64,000 bases of DNA, taken from the NCBI GenBank assembly GCA_013265495.1, contig MU063601.1, forward strand, positions 2,625,214 to 2,689,213. The letters run 5' to 3'. How positions within the stretch are numbered: the first letter of the stretch is position 1; each line of letters begins with the position of its first letter. This document shows, in pieces, positions 48,681-62,929 of this stretch. Source of the stretch: Vicugna vicugna (lineage: Eukaryota). The translations under genes and the position numbers were made by a program. Below the pieces are notes generated by a model. It made no database searches. It was not told the DNA's origin and saw only the letters and a list, made by a program, of their open reading frames with translations.

Positions 48681-49285
48681 CTATAGAGTAGAAACAAATG
48701 TTTCAGCATCTTCTGTCTGTTATAGCATAGCAGTGTGATTTGCCATCTAATCTCTATGGTGCTTAACTGTGTGAGTGACTGCAACCCGCAGGAGGTTGCC
48801 CAGGGGAGGCAAGAAGCCAGGTCAACACACTGAGTGAAGCTCTGAGCCCGAGGCACACCGCCTTCCCTGACACCCTTCATCTCATAATAAACTGAAAATC
48901 TCCAGTTAAATCAAAACACTTGAAGAGCTTAAAAGAAATATTATAGCTTTTATAGTTTCCACAGCATGTAAAATAGCTTTTCCTGTTATAAAAGTGAAAT
49001 ATGGGTAATTACTAAAATATACCATTAAAACTCCCTCCAACCAAACAGAATGACTGTTAAAAATACATATTATTTCCTTCCAGATTTTTATACTCTGTGA
49101 TACAGCAGGGATTTTTTTCTCTTTCATTTTAGGTGGTGGTGGTAAAGTTATTTGTATAAAGTTTTGGTTTGTACATCTTGGTATTTTGTATCTTGATTAG
49201 ACTCAGAAATGAAACTGTTTATGGTTCCCCATTCTAGTTAGTCTTGTATGCTTCAAAGAAAGAAAGACACACAAATGACAGATAC

Positions 49286-49423
49286 CTTGTCAGCAGGGGT
49301 CAGTTTGGTCCAAGGTTTATCAGCTCTCCGATCATAATCGTGGGCATCTGTTACCTCCACATATTCATTAAACCTCAGAATCTTCCTGGCAAGTAGTTCA
49401 GCCACAGTTGGCCTTTGACTGAG
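49286..49423 (-). CDS. PHACTR4: PHACTR4 coding exon (RPEL repeat and PP1-binding region)
   Basis: 138 nt, cag/gtatct; [46 protein letters not shown]. Confidence 0.97.
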
Positions 49424-49449
49424 CTGAAAGAAACGGAGCCTCTTAGTTC

Positions 49450-49835
49450 TCTATGCCAGGAGTTAGGAATCAATCATGCACTCAAACTGCCTCTAATCCA
49501 GTGCTTCTGCCTTTCACTGCATATTGGAATCACCTGGGGACCTTTAAATGTGGCTGACCCCTGGGTCTATCTTCAGAGACTTGGGGTATCAGTTTTTTTT
49601 TTCTTAAGCTCCATAATGCACAGCCAAGATTGAGAAGCACTGCTATAAACCAGTGTAATCAGTATAACCAGTGCGTCTCAAACTTTAATATGCATACAAA
49701 CCATGTGGGGATCTGGTTAAAGTGTAGAATCTGATTAAGCAGATCTGGGGTGGGGCCTGAGACTGCAGCTCTTACAGGCTCCCAGGTGATGCCAATGTTT
49801 CTGGTCTGTGGACCACATTTTGGGTAGCAGAAGTG
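49450..49835. mobile_element. MER5-type hAT MITE fragments
   Basis: gaatcacctgggga...gctgagaagcactg; cagtgcgtctcaaactt...ctggggtggggcctgaga...caggctcccaggtgatgcc. Confidence 0.65.
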
Positions 49836-50737
49836 TCAGGGCTTTAAGTTCATATCTAATAATTGTAAAGTGAACACATTTAATATGCAAGCAGTATCTA
49901 GTGTGGGTAATATTAAGGGTGAATTTCCTTTCAACATGGATAATGCCCAAGATACCAGATTCTGTAACAAATTATGATTTAAGGTTCAACAATCAGGTAA
50001 CTTGTTCAACCTGAAGGCATTAAGTCCAGCCACGGCCTCTAGGCACCCTCACTCTATCAAGGATAATTCCTCCGGTCCTGGGGAAGGGGAGAAGTGGGAG
50101 AAATTCAGGAAGAAAATGTCTAGATTCCTTGCTGTCCTGGGAATTCTTATACATTTCAAGAAATAACTAGAGAAACTCAGACCAACTCCAAGAACCTACA
50201 GGAAGTAATTACTAACTATTATGGAGGGAGGGAAAGGAAAAAGGGTTTAATCCCAGAGTTGAAGGATTTACCCAAGTCTGGTACAGAACAGATTCTACCC
50301 TAATTGATCTGGGACCAATGAGAAAATCCTAGTTGTTTTTTTCATATTTTTCAGGTATTACTAAGGGTAAGTTTAGTTCTTTCCCTGATTAGAAAACAAT
50401 CAGTTTGCCTTGCAAAACTGAATGCTCCACAGCCTCCTGCTACCGTCTCATACTTCAAGAGATGTTAAGAATCTACAACAAAACCCCTGGTCTACCAAAT
50501 AAAAGGTCAAAACTTGTCCAAGTATTTACTGAGCACCTTCTTGTGCAGGTTTTTCTAAACAGTAAAAATGAAAAAAAAAGTTCTTATAATGTTATATTGT
50601 TTTCTATATTTTCATCATGTGTTGTATTTTCATATCAATCTATAGCAATTCAAGTCAAATTCATTTCTTTCCAAACAGGTCAAATACAAGACATGCAGTC
50701 AGTGGACAGACTGAGATCGAATACTCAGGCAATGTAC

Positions 50738-50799
50738 CTTTCTAGTAAGTCGACGCTTAATCTCTCGTTTTTCTGCCTGACGATCAGCTTCATTTTTAG
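50738..50799 (-). CDS. PHACTR4: PHACTR4 coding exon
   Basis: 62 nt, tag/gtacat; (P)KNEADRQAEKREIKRRLTRK. Confidence 0.96.
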
Positions 50800-51942
50800 C
50801 TACAGTTGACAGAAACAAAGATTATTACTTCAAAATGGTAATTTGCATATCAAACTTTTCAATAATTACATGGCAAATATTCCTTACAGGCTCCACATCA
50901 GAATGAAATACTAACTTTGGGAATCGCTAATCAAGACAATTTTCTTGTCAACTGGCGTAGTCAAACACTTAAGAGCATGGGTCAGCTAACTATGGTACCA
51001 AATCAAGCCAGCTGCCTGTATTTTTCGTGCCCATAGCTAAGAATGATCTTTACATTTTTAAATGGTTACATTTTGAATGGTTTGATAAGTACTTACATAA
51101 TAGTTTCCTTTTGCTTTTTGGCCTGCAAAGCTGAAAATATTTACTATGTGTCCTTTAAGAAAACCCCTGCATATCTTTGCTCAAGAGTAACCATTAACAA
51201 TGGAGAAAGGAGATCATACTAAGTTTCATGTCATATGTCTATAATGGTTCCCATACTTTAAAATGTACTTAGTGACTAAGCTGTGCGTATTCAAACAGTG
51301 ATGAGAAAACAGGGGATGGGCTGGTCAAGCTGAGTAACCCTATGAAGCTTAATCCTCTTCAGTGTGGAGGGTTCTAAAAAAAATTAGTTTACTTTTAACT
51401 GAAGTACAGTTGATTTACAATATTAAGGTGGAGGTTTTTAAGGACAAATTTCACTCTATAATCTATAAAAATAAATCTATACTAGATTAGAATGCTACTT
51501 CAGAAAGTCGACTATATAAACAGAAAGCAAATTAATTGCATTACATATTTTGACTTCAGAGGTATGAAAGTCTTAAGAGATGAAAAAGCTGCACTTGGGA
51601 CTTGCTTTGGGCACGAACCCTTAGACTCCACTAGCAACAGGAAGGTCCACTCCAAATGCACAACCCCCTCAAAAAGCCCAAGGTAGGCTCAAGATACGGT
51701 GAGAACATTAAAACACAATTTTCTGGAGTATCCCAGTACACTAAACAATACATAATGATATCTTGTAAAGGAAGCTTGGAAGAACTTTGTTTCTTCAGGG
51801 AAAAAAGTATGAATAGTCCTTCCTTGGCTAGAATATTCTCTCCTCAGCCCTTGTAGAAAAATGCTTCTCTTTTCTGTTATGCATGTTAAAGTCAGATATA
51901 CAAAGAAAATCTATACAACTTCATTTCCATGGCTGGACTCAC

Positions 51943-51998
51943 GTTGTAGTATGTTTCGTTGTTCTAGTTCTTCTGGTGTTGGTCTTTGACTCAGTCGT
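51943..51998 (-). CDS. PHACTR4: PHACTR4 coding exon (RPEL repeat)
   Basis: 56 nt, tag/gtgagt; RLSQRPTPEELEQRNILQ. Confidence 0.96.
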
Positions 51999-53116
51999 CT
52001 AAAAGGGAGATAAGATTATTTCTACATTAAACCTCCTAATATTGTTTATAAAGATCTGTTTGGTCTTAGTTTATATTAGCCCCTACTCTAGAAAGAAATC
52101 AATACATTTTCAAACTTTTGATATTTCACTTTTTATCTGATTCATTGTTTATGAAACAATTTTCATAATGAAAGTGTTAATACAGAAATTACAACGTAAA
52201 AAGGAATTGTACATGCAAACAGGAGGCTGGGATTCTAGTTCTAGCTCTGACACTTAACAAGCCCTATCACCGCAAAAAAGCTCAGTCAGACCTCGAGTGT
52301 ACTCATGTGTAAAATGAAGATTTGAACGGGACTGGTGGCTCCCAAACAGATTTCCTCCTTCAGCATATCTGTTAACAAAGATCCTCAAGGATACTAACAA
52401 AAATTCTAATTCAGGAAACCAGGATGAGAACTAAGATGATACATATGTATATTTACAATGCTTCCTGTATGACTCTGATGTCCTGTCTTGATTTTTAAAC
52501 CAGTAGTTTAGGAACCACTGGAATTAAAGATTGTCTTTTTTGAAGTGATATTCTGTAAATCTACGATTTTAATTTCTGTCCTCTTTGAAATATCTGAAGC
52601 TTCTCATCTCATCCACAGTTATGAGATGTTATTCAATAATGACAACTTGTCATTTCTGCAATCAGAAAGTTCTTCATTTCTTAGCTTTAATGCATCCTCA
52701 GACAGTGTTTGAACTACATGCTAGTAACTCTTTAGTTGCATGGAAAACTCCCAGTCCCATTTTATATACAGTTTACAAATTTATGTATTTCAAAGTCACT
52801 CAGTACAAGACCTTCTTTCTTCAATGTTCATAAAACAAACAAACAAAACCACACATAACAAAAAAACCCCACAAAAACAGAAAACAACCCTACAGCTTTA
52901 AGATATAAGTGACATACAATAAACTTCATGATTTGATAGTCTGNNNNNNNNNNNNNNNNNNNNNNNNNNNNNNNNNNNNNNNNNNNNNNNNNNNNNNNNN
53001 NNNNNNNNNNNNNNNNNNNNNNNNNNNNNNNNNNNNNNNNNNNNNNNNNNNNNNNNNNNNNNNNNNNNNNNNNNNNNNNNNNNNNNNNNNNNNNNNNNNN
53101 NNNNNNNNNNNNNNNN

Positions 53117-53400
53117 CTGAGGAAGAATCTGTTTCAAGCTTCTCTCCTAGCTTCTAGTGGCTGCCGGTAGTCGTGGGCATTCTTTGGCTTGGAGATGCAT
53201 CACTCCAGCCTGCTTCCTTAGCCACACAGCATTCTCTTTCTGTGTGTGTTTGTGTCTCTGTGTCCAAATTTCCCTATTCACATGAGGACACCACTCACTG
53301 GATCAGAGCCTACCCTAAACCAGTATGACTTCATCTTAAATTGATTATATTTTCATAGATGTTCCTTCTAAACAAAGACACATTCATAGGTACCAGAGAT
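53117..53400 (-). mobile_element. MLT1 (MaLR) LTR fragment
   Basis: gaggaagaatctgtttcaagcttctctcctagcttctagtggctgcc...ccaaatttccct...gaggacacc motif. Confidence 0.7.
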
Positions 53401-54960
53401 ACAACTCTACAATCTCCCTGACAAAAATCTCATTTCCTTTTGTAATCTCAACCTCAATACCCGCAGGCAAACATTGATTTGCTTTATTCAATTTCAATTT
53501 AATTTCTTCTTGCCCCCAGGCAAACACTGACCTGCTTTATGTAACTGTAAATTAGTTTTCATTTTCTAAAATCTTATAGAAAATCATATAGTATATACTT
53601 TATTTGTCTAGCTTCTTTCAGTCAGGATGATTGTTGAGATCCACCTAAGTTGTGGCATTATAATAGTTCATTTCTCTTTCCTGCTCTGTAGTGTTCCATC
53701 ACATGACTATGTTCATCCATTTGTCTTTTGATAGATATTTGTGTTGTTTCTATTTTTTTTTTGGAGGGGGGACTATTACAAACAACAATGAATGGAATGG
53801 CTGGATCATACACTGATTTTCTTTAAAGAAACTTACAAATTGCTTTCCAAAGTAGTTCTACTATTTTACATTCTACTACCAGTGTATGAGAATCCAGCTG
53901 CTCCTCATCCTTAGCAACTCTTAGTTTTATCAGCCTTTTAAACTGTGCAATTTTAGNNNNNNNNNNNNNNNNNNNNNNNNNNNNNNNNNNNNNNNNNNNN
54001 NNNNNNNNNNNNNNNNNNNNNNNNNNNNNNNNNNNNNNNNNNNNNNNNNNNNNNNNNNNNNNNNNNNNNNNNNNNNNNNNNNNNNNNNAATCTTCTGCTC
54101 CCCCTACCTTTTAAATTAAAAGTGGGTTGTCTGTCTTCTTCTTGAGTTTGGAGAGTTCTTCATATACTCTAGATATAAGACCTTTATCAGATACATGGTT
54201 TGAAAATATTTTCTCCCAGTTTGTGGCTTGTTTTTACATTCTCTTAACAGTGTCTCTCACAAAACAAAACTTCTTAATTTTGATGAAGAGCCATTTATCA
54301 ATTTTTTCTCTTAAGAATCATGCTTTGAGATAGTATCTAAGAATTGTCTAACCCATACTCTTTTAAAAGTTTTAAAGTTTTAGCTCTTATATTTAAGTCT
54401 ATGATCCATTTTGAGTTAATTTTTACATATGATACACAGCATGAATTGAAGTTATTTCTGTGCCAGGACCACTTGTTGAAAAGATCATCCTTTCCCAATA
54501 AAATTATCTTGTATCTTTTTCAAAAATGAGTTGTACGTATATGGGTGGGTCTATTTCTGGCTCTCGCTTCTGTTTCATTGATCTACTTGTCTATGTTTAT
54601 ATCAATATCATACTGTTTAGGTTACTTTAGCTTTATAATATGACTTAAAATAAGACAGTGTTAATCCTCTAACCCTGTTCTTTTCCCTAGTTGCCTTGTA
54701 TTTCCATAAGAATTTCAGAATCAGTTTGTCAATTAAAGCCCACTCAGGACTATTTTGATTGGAATTCTGTTGAATCTACTGATGTCTTAATAATACTGAG
54801 ACTTCTGATCCATGAGTATGTTATTTCTTTACATTTATTTAGGTCTTCTTTACTTTCTTCAGTGGTATTTTATACTTTTCAGTGTACAGGTCTTACACAA
54901 TCTTCTGCCAGGTTTATCCTTAAATATTTAAAGATATCTGATGCTACTGTAAATGGTAAT
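53400..54960 (-). mobile_element. Old L1 (L1M) antisense fragment
   Basis: gatataagacctttatcagatacatggtttgaaaatattttctccc...ctatgatccattttgagttaattttt are typical antisense ORF2 relic motifs. Confidence 0.8.
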
Positions 54961-55074
54961 CTCTTATATTTTTACATTTCAGTTTCAGACTGTTCATTGC
55001 TAGTGTCCAACAAGCTCTTCCAAAAAGATTATGACTTGGAAAAAACACTCAGAGATGAACAACTAGCTTTGCAG

Positions 55075-55635
55075 TAAAGCAGAAAGCAATCTATTATGAA
55101 AGACACCCAATCTTGCATGAAATGTTCAGCGTGGGGGATACAGTCAATAATAATGTAATACCTTTGTATGGTGACAGGCAGTAACTAGATTCATTGTGGT
55201 GGTCATTTTGCAGTGTACACAAGTATCAAACCACCATGTCGTGTACCAGGAACCAGCACAGTGTTGTAGGTCAATTATACTTTAAAACACAAACAAACGA
55301 AAAACAAACTCATAGAAAAAGAGATCAGATTTGTGGTTACCAGAGGTAGGGGGTAGGAGAGGGTGAATTGGATGAAGGTGGTCAAAAGTACAAATCTACA
55401 GTGAAAGATAAACAAACAGTAGGGATGTAATAAATAACATAATTAATATAATTAACATATACCTTATATATGAAAGTTAAGAGACTAAATCCCAAGAGTT
55501 CTCATCACAAGGAAAAAATATTTTGTTTTAATCATTTCATGATGTATATATAAGCCAGATCATTATGCTCTATACCTTAGACTTATACAGTGCTATATGT
55601 CAAATATATCTCAATAAAACTAGAAGAAAAAAAAA
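55075..55635 (+). mobile_element. L1MA-type 3' end
   Basis: tgtacagcgtggggga..., cagatttgtggttaccagagg, gttctcatcacaagg...tgtcaaatatatctcaataaaac + A tail. Confidence 0.75.
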
Positions 55636-56425
55636 TCCATTCTTAACTAATTCCTAATCTTGATGGTCTCTTGCTGACATTCAGAAGGCCACAGTTCTGC
55701 ATTAAGATTGTCAACGCCATAAAATAAAAAAAATAGATTGTCATCTTGGCCAAAAGCAAAGCCAGGTGTCTGAGGCAAGAGAGGAGAATATATTTTAATT
55801 AGCAGACATCCTTAGTTAGTTATTTTTAAGGAATATGTCAAGAATTCCACCTCCTTTTCCTCACTCTACCAAGAGAAACATTTGAGGCTGCAAACACCTG
55901 TCTGTGTACCTGGATTCTACATGTATTCTATAGGCAGGAAGATGGCTTGCATTCACTTTCTCTATGCTTTTGGTTCCAGCTGACTTCAAAAATATACTAA
56001 CACTTTGAAACGAGGCAGTTGCATGGAACATGTAAAATAGATACAATGGAAAATATGGGTGTGATCTTGAATTGGGCTGGTACCTCATGGCTGAGCAACC
56101 GGATAAATGCCAGAGGAGCCTTGCTGTCCTGGGAACCACCCGAATTCTCTAGAAACTTAAAAAAAAACATATTTATGTCTATCTTATGGTGTAAAGCTGT
56201 GAGATACGTCTATGTCATGGCTTAAAGTTCTAGGAGCCATCTAGTTACTTAATTTCCAAATTCTTAGAAAAGATACCCCAACTGTGTACAATACATATTT
56301 TTAAAAATTATGCTATTTCTAAAATTAAAAAAAAAGGCTAAATGAATATTCCAGCACAAAGTAGATCTCTAACACACATATTGGCATAATCAAATCAAAT
56401 CAATTTATTCTACGCAAAGACCTAC

Positions 56426-56579
56426 CGGATCAGAGTGTTCCCAATCTGGTGCCGTATTTCATTCCACTCCTCTTTGCTTTTTCGAGGCCAAGAATCCGTG
56501 ATCACCTCTGGTTCGCTGGGTCTGTGGTTCAACTTCATTGCCAGTGTATCCTTCCTCTTCACTTTGTTGGCCAGAGCAC
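56426..56579 (-). CDS. PHACTR4: PHACTR4 coding exon (RPEL repeat)
   Basis: 154 nt, aag/gtagg; ALANKVKRKDTLAMKLNHRPSEPEVITDSWPRKSKEEWNEIRHQIGNTLIR. Confidence 0.96.
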
Positions 56580-56919
56580 CTTTGTGCAAGGGAAAGAAAA
56601 ACATGTAGAAGCTAAAGGCTGAACCTCACCTGGAGCTAGGTAAGAATCTGAACAAACAGTATCATAACTCCCATCTTTCTACTTGGCCGTCATTGATCCA
56701 CCTAACACAATGGTGGGGGTAAAGCTGGAGACATCTAAAAATCTTTTCAGCAGATAAGACTCAGCTGAGCTAAAGGCATCTTCTCCCTTCTACCAGTACT
56801 CTCTATCAGTTTTGTCCTGCGTGAGACTTGCCAGAGGAGGGATAATCTAAGCACAGGACAGCCTCTGAATTAAAACATAGAGACATTTGCACTACATACC
56901 TCATAAGGTTCCTACTCTT

Positions 56920-57432
56920 TTTTGTTTTGTTTTTTTTTCTTCTTATATATAAACATTTTTTAATTGAGTTATAGTCATTTTACAATGTTGTGTCAAATTC
57001 CAGTGTAGAGCACAATTTTTCAGTTATACATGAACATACATACATTCATTGTCACATTCTCTTTTGCTGTGGGCCACCACAAGATCTTGTATATATTTCC
57101 CTGTGCTATACAGTATAATCTTGTTTATCTATTCTATATATACCTGTCAGTATCTACAAATTTCATACTCTCAGTCTGTCCCTTCCCATCCCCCGTCCCC
57201 CCTGGCAATCACAAGTTTGTATTCTATGTCTATGAGTCTGTTTCTGTTTTGTATTTTTTTTAGATTCCGCATATGGGTGATCACATATGGTATTTTTCTT
57301 TTGCCTTCTGGCTTACTTCACTTAGAATGACATTCTCCAGTAACATCCATGTTGCTGCAAATGGCATTATGTTGTCAGTTTTTATGGCTGAATAGTATTC
57401 CATTGTAGAAATATACCACATCTTCTTTATCG
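56920..57432 (-). mobile_element. Young 5'-truncated L1 with perfect 16-nt TSD in a PHACTR4 intron
   Basis: taaggttcctactctt at 56904-56919 and 57433-57448; poly(T) on the left; translation WYISTMEYYSAIKTDNIMPFAATWMLLENVILSEVSQ is the L1 ORF2 end. Confidence 0.92.
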
Positions 57433-57862
57433 TAAGGTTCCTACTCTTAAAGCTGCTTTCCACTTTTAGGAATCAAGATTCCATTATTTGCAGATTTGTG
57501 TTCGTGAACATGTTTTTTCCCTTTGCTCCATGAACACAATGAGTTCATTAGGCTAAAGGAGAGCATCACTTTTGTCTTCTCCACAAAGCCCAAATACCAA
57601 CTTTCTTTTACTCCACATTCCTTAATACTTTCAATGTAAATTTAAAATCAAAATCAAACAGATAAAAACCTGATTGACTCAATCTACTTGGCTCCCTCTC
57701 ACTGGCTCGTTATAACAACGGGAACAGCAGGGACAAGGGTCCTTCCCAGTGGCTTTTAACATGGGGAGGGTACCTGCTTCCACTTATCTTATGCTTGCTA
57801 AGACCAGCTTGTAGCTATATCCGTGAAAGAACTTTCTCCTTTGCTTTCCCTCCCTTTCTTAC

Positions 57863-58050
57863 TATGATGGCTTTCATCTTCATCCTCTTCATCTCGGTAC
57901 TGAATGGGACCTTCTGAATCAGAGTCACTCTCCTTCTCTTCCTCTTCCTCCTGCAGACGCTGTGGTGGTTTAGGAACGACGGAGGTAGATGTTACTTCCT
58001 CATCAAATGCAAACAGGTGGATTTGCTCCTCTTCTTCTTCATCGTCTGGA
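57863..58050 (-). CDS. PHACTR4: PHACTR4 coding exon (acidic region)
   Basis: 188 nt, tag/gtaag, phases consistent with neighbours; PDDEEEE...EEEKESDSDSEGPIQYRDEEDEDESHH. Confidence 0.95.
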
Positions 58051-59416
58051 CTAACAAATTAACATAATTACATTTTCCTTTCAGAGACATAAAGAATAAC
58101 TGATTTGCAAGGCAAAGTACCGAAAAACTATGAAAAGGTCCATGAGTGAAATAATTATAGTTCCTTCCCTTAACTTTTACAATCATGATGAGAAACTTTT
58201 TAGCAGCTATTAATCTAAAGGGCTCTGAGTTCAAATCCCAGCTCTACAATGTATTTAGTAGCTTGTAAGTTACTTAACTCTTCTGTAGATGGGAATAATA
58301 CCTACCTTGTTGGCTTGTTGTGAGGATGAAACAGACAAATTCTAGAATGCACTAGTGCCTGGCAAACAGGGCCCTGAAGATCTATACATAAGACTGAAGT
58401 TTGCTTTGGTCTGATTAAATGAGAAGACTACTTTGTTCATGGGAAAAACTCAATAAAAATACTTAACCCATTTCTCTTTGGTTTAACAATGAAGTAGGAC
58501 AGAATGATAATCTAAAACAAGGAAGCAAAGAGAAGTAAAGATGAAAACTAACTTCTCCCCTTTGCACTCGGGAGGCATAAACCTGACTTAGTCTACTTAA
58601 AACTCCTGAACTGTCTCTTCCCAAGATGTGAAATAAGTAATACCAGCAAAACAAATAAAAAGTAAGATGCTGCAATAGCTCTGTAACAATTCTTTTAGTT
58701 AGTAAAACAAATTTCCAACTTGCCAAAAGGTATTAATCTTCAGTCACAATTTGTCTGGATTTTAAGAACACCAACAAAGTAGGTAGAAGTACCAGTGCTA
58801 CTGTGAACAGATTCAGAGTTTGGGGACAGATGTGGGAAACAAGATGACCAGCGCCAGTCTAGGGGGCTGGAATACTGACCTATCTTTCAGAGCTCCCTTC
58901 TTTTTCTCTAGGCTTCTCTCTCTCCCTCTCTACCAAGTTGTGTGCCAGGCACTAGTGCTTTCAGATTTGTCTAATTTCATTCTCACGCCTGTGAGATAGG
59001 TATTATTCCTGTCTGCAGGTTAGACAACAGAAGAGCAGGTTAAGTAACAGACACTACTGTAAGCTAGTAAATAAGAGGCAGAACTGGCGTTTGAACCCCG
59101 AACTATCTTACTCCAAGGTCAACGTTCTTAAGCATCATGTTCCACTGCTTCCCTTATATCATATAAAAATATACAGTGGTTTTAATTTTCAAGTACAGAA
59201 GCTTGTAATTTCTTTTTATCATCATGGACATTTCTGCCATAGAAACAATGCTATAGAAATCAGGAGGGTAAAAAAGTCCAAATTCAAGAACATGTCCTAC
59301 TTACTAAGCATTCTTAATTTAAATGTATTCATTTTCTCTTTATAAGTAATTTTTTCTAAGAAGGACTACCCAGAGTAGAGAAGAGGGAACAAGAGGCAAG
59401 CTTTAAAGGCACTCAC

Positions 59417-60020
59417 ACTTTTAGCATTTCAATAGTGATGGGAAGTGACCTGGTCCGACCCAGGGTACCGCTGTCCTCAGAAAAGTTGTCACTGTTCTCG
59501 AAGAGCAATGAATGAGCTCTATGAGAGCCTTCCAAGGGAGGAGTCATGGGGAGCGGGCTGGTCAGGGCCTGCTGGATTCGGATATGCAGTGGGAGTGGGG
59601 GAAGCCTAGGGGGTACATGAGGCTCCCCAAAACTGTGGTCCAACATCCTCTTGGGCACTTCCTTTTTCTGATTTTCCTGCTGGGGAACCTCCTGGGATAG
59701 GTCTAAGGAAGGCAGAAACTCAATTTCTGGCACAACTTGAAAAGTCTTAGCAGGGAATGGAGGGGACCGAGGGGGTTCTGGAGGTATATGAGTAGGCAGT
59801 GGGGGGGAGGGGGAGGAAGGGGGGATTGTCAGCAGTGGCTCGGAACCCACAGAGCAAGTGCTCTTCTCTCTCTGATCACTTGGTGCTTTTGTGGTGGTGG
59901 CAGCAGCAGCGGCAGACTCTGAGGTGGGTACCAAGGTTGATGGAATGCCTCTCTTAGGTGGTAAAGGTGGGGATGGTTTTGATAACAACGTACCACTGTT
60001 TATTGCCTGGGACAGTTCAG
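59417..60020 (-). CDS. PHACTR4: PHACTR4 coding exon (proline-rich region)
   Basis: 604 nt, cag/gtgagt; ELSQAINSGTLLSKPSPPLPPKRGIPS...RTRSLPITIEMLKV (ORF 59413-59988). Confidence 0.97.
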
Positions 60021-62179
60021 CTGGAAAAGAGAAAGCAACATCTCAATTTAAGATGGCTTTTCAGTGCTTTGAGGGGCCAGCCCACAGCCTAGAATTAGAG
60101 CTGAGCTCACACTTAATCTTTCAGGCTAATTAGAACATTTCATGGCTTTGCCATTCCCTAGCTAGCTCATCCTGAAACAAAATTTACATTTGAATATCTA
60201 GAAGGCCTAATAAATGTACAGCAGTGTAGGAAAACCACTACCTTAATATTCTGATGAGACATTTCTTGCTTCTTTACTATGACAATAGCTATGACAACTT
60301 TGTATAACTTGATATTGGTATAGATAAGGTTAATGTGAATAGAGATAGAAAAAATGTGGCTAAGTTATTTTGTCTAACAGTATTCCATTAAAAAATTTAA
60401 ACATGCAGATAGAAATAAAAAAACAAATACTACCAGGCATTGCTATCATATCCTGATAAATAATGATACCTAGATATCTCAGCTCTGTATTATTAAACCA
60501 CCAATAATGACACCTTGGATTTTTATAGCAAATGCAAAGGACTTTGAAGAAATCATAGTGCTTGTCTATCTTTGACTTCATAATATTCTTTTTATACAAG
60601 GGTCATCTTTACCATTTTACAGAAGGAAAAACTGAGGCCACGGAAGTTAGGTGACTTGCCCAAGATCATACTACAAAATGGCAAGGACTCAGCTAATTCC
60701 CAGGACTCATTATAAAGTTCCATCCTCTGGATCCCACTGACTTTATTTTTATTAGTGTCCAGGCCTCTTGGTGTCCTTTATGCCCAACCTGCCATTTCCA
60801 CGCTCCACTACACTAAGGGCTCCTTGATGGCAGGGCAACTGTTGTCTCTATCATCATATTCACAGGGTGGGGCACAGTGTCTGGCATATAATGGGCCCTC
60901 AATACATGTTTATTAGATGAGAGGCCCCTACCCTGTGTCATGACAATATATATCCCTGTGTGATTCCCCCAAAGCCCCAGACTCAGGTGCTGATTCAGCA
61001 AAGTCCCTTTGGAGAGCTCAAAATGGCTTTTAAGAAGTGGATCATCACATCACAAAAGGTCAGTCTTCCAAAATAAATAGTAGTTCTCTTGGTTGCCAAT
61101 CTCTAATCCTCTACCCAAATCCCTCACATTGGTCCCACAAATTGTTTTCAAAGGTTTTATGTCTTACTTAGAGAGCAGCACCTCGTTTCCCTAAAATGAA
61201 AACTTAATTGCCCTAAATCCCATTCCATTGGCAGCATTCAAAGTGAAAGTCTAGCTAACCTAGTAATATTTTAATATCACTCTTTGTAAGCAAGGGCTTT
61301 CTAGAAAAATATTGCATACATACAAAAAAAAGATTTAAAAAATGTGAATTTTAGGATCAATGAAAGAGATACTTTTTAGTAGACTAGATTTTTGCTGTCT
61401 GCCTAAAAATAGCAGTTAGCTATTCAATCTACAATAAAACCCACACCTGAAAGACCAAATTTGAATATTTTAATGTTTGAATTGATAAAGTAAATCAGCT
61501 TGGATAATTTAAGTAAAACATATAGCTGAAGTTGGTAAGGAAGTAACCTCTGGTATACAAACCCTGACGATGGCACTTGGCTGTAGTTCTGTGGGAAAGA
61601 TGCCAGAATGTTTGCTGGAGGGGTTACAAATTCCCTTCATCTGTTCAGTTATTTATGGTGGTCCTTCCTTAGGCCTAACACTCCTAATTAGTCCTTAGTC
61701 CTACTACTATGCCTGTTAGTAGACAGAACAATGTCTAAAGCAATGGTTTCCAAATGTTTGGATTTCACAGACCAATACAGTTAAAAAGAAATTCTCAACC
61801 AACTACAGGTTGTCAATTTTTATTATTTTCAAGTAAAGCTTGATATTCAGTAAACCACTTATGAACATAATCATTTCATGAAAGAAATGGTCTTTTAACA
61901 CCAAAGAATTAGGAAGGTCATAATTTCAGAATAAAGGATAGTTCTTTAAATCAAATCTATTTAACCTTAATAAAAGCTGTGTGAACTGTCCTATTTTTCT
62001 TTCTGCTGAGGACTACTCATGATCTGACGTTGATCCCTCAGTCACTGGGCCTATTGCTTTGGGATAGTCACCTGAGGCGAGGAGTGAATTCTGCAAGTCA
62101 GCCCAGGATACAGTACACATGTTATCACTTTTTAATGTTGTCTTACCCCCAAAAGGGTAGATTACTACTGGTTTAGAGC

Positions 62180-62370
62180 AGTGGTTCTCGTTGTGGTTCC
62201 TATATAAGCAGCATCAGCATTATCTGGGAACTCATTAGAAATGCAAATTCTCGGGCATTACCGCAAACTTACAGAATCAAAAACTCTAAGGGCAGAGCCC
62301 AGCACTCTGTGTTCATTAACAAGCCCTCCAGGTGATCATGAGGAGAACACCTGTCCACACAACAGACTGA
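62180..62370. mobile_element. MER5A-like MITE
   Basis: cagtggttctc...cagcagcatcagcatt...ttagaaatgcaaattctc...ttaacaagccctccaggtgat. Confidence 0.7.
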
Positions 62371-62929
62371 GAACACAGGCACACAGGACAGAGGTCTGTA
62401 CTGCAGAGGTGAAAAGCCTATGTTTGGTTTCTATCTCTCACTAACTGCAGCCCTGAGTGAATCACAACTTCACATTCTTACTGCTTTAACTATACAATAG
62501 ATAAAGTAGATAAAACTTCACAAGGAGGTTTTGAAAATAAGTATATGAAACCTCCTTAATCTTCAGAGATAAGTCAACACAGTACTCCATCCAAAGGGTG
62601 ATAATGATAATAACCTTCATCCTGTTTTTGTCAAGCTAATCCAACCTGTTTTACTCACAATGAAGTCTAAGCCAGTTTTTCTAGTCACTCCACACAATTT
62701 GGTTAAATTAGCCATTTAATGAGCATACTTTTTTATTTCTCCATTCAATCATTAACAAAAACTTTAAGCAGTTTACTAAGCTTAATATAATGTTTCCTAA
62801 AAAACTATCTTTTTTTCTGTTCTCCCTTTCTTGAAAATTCCTCTATATTTAAGAAAAGAAAATTAACCTAAATATGACATTAGGTAAATATAAAAAATTT
62901 ACTAAACCAATAAAAATTTATGGGTTATC

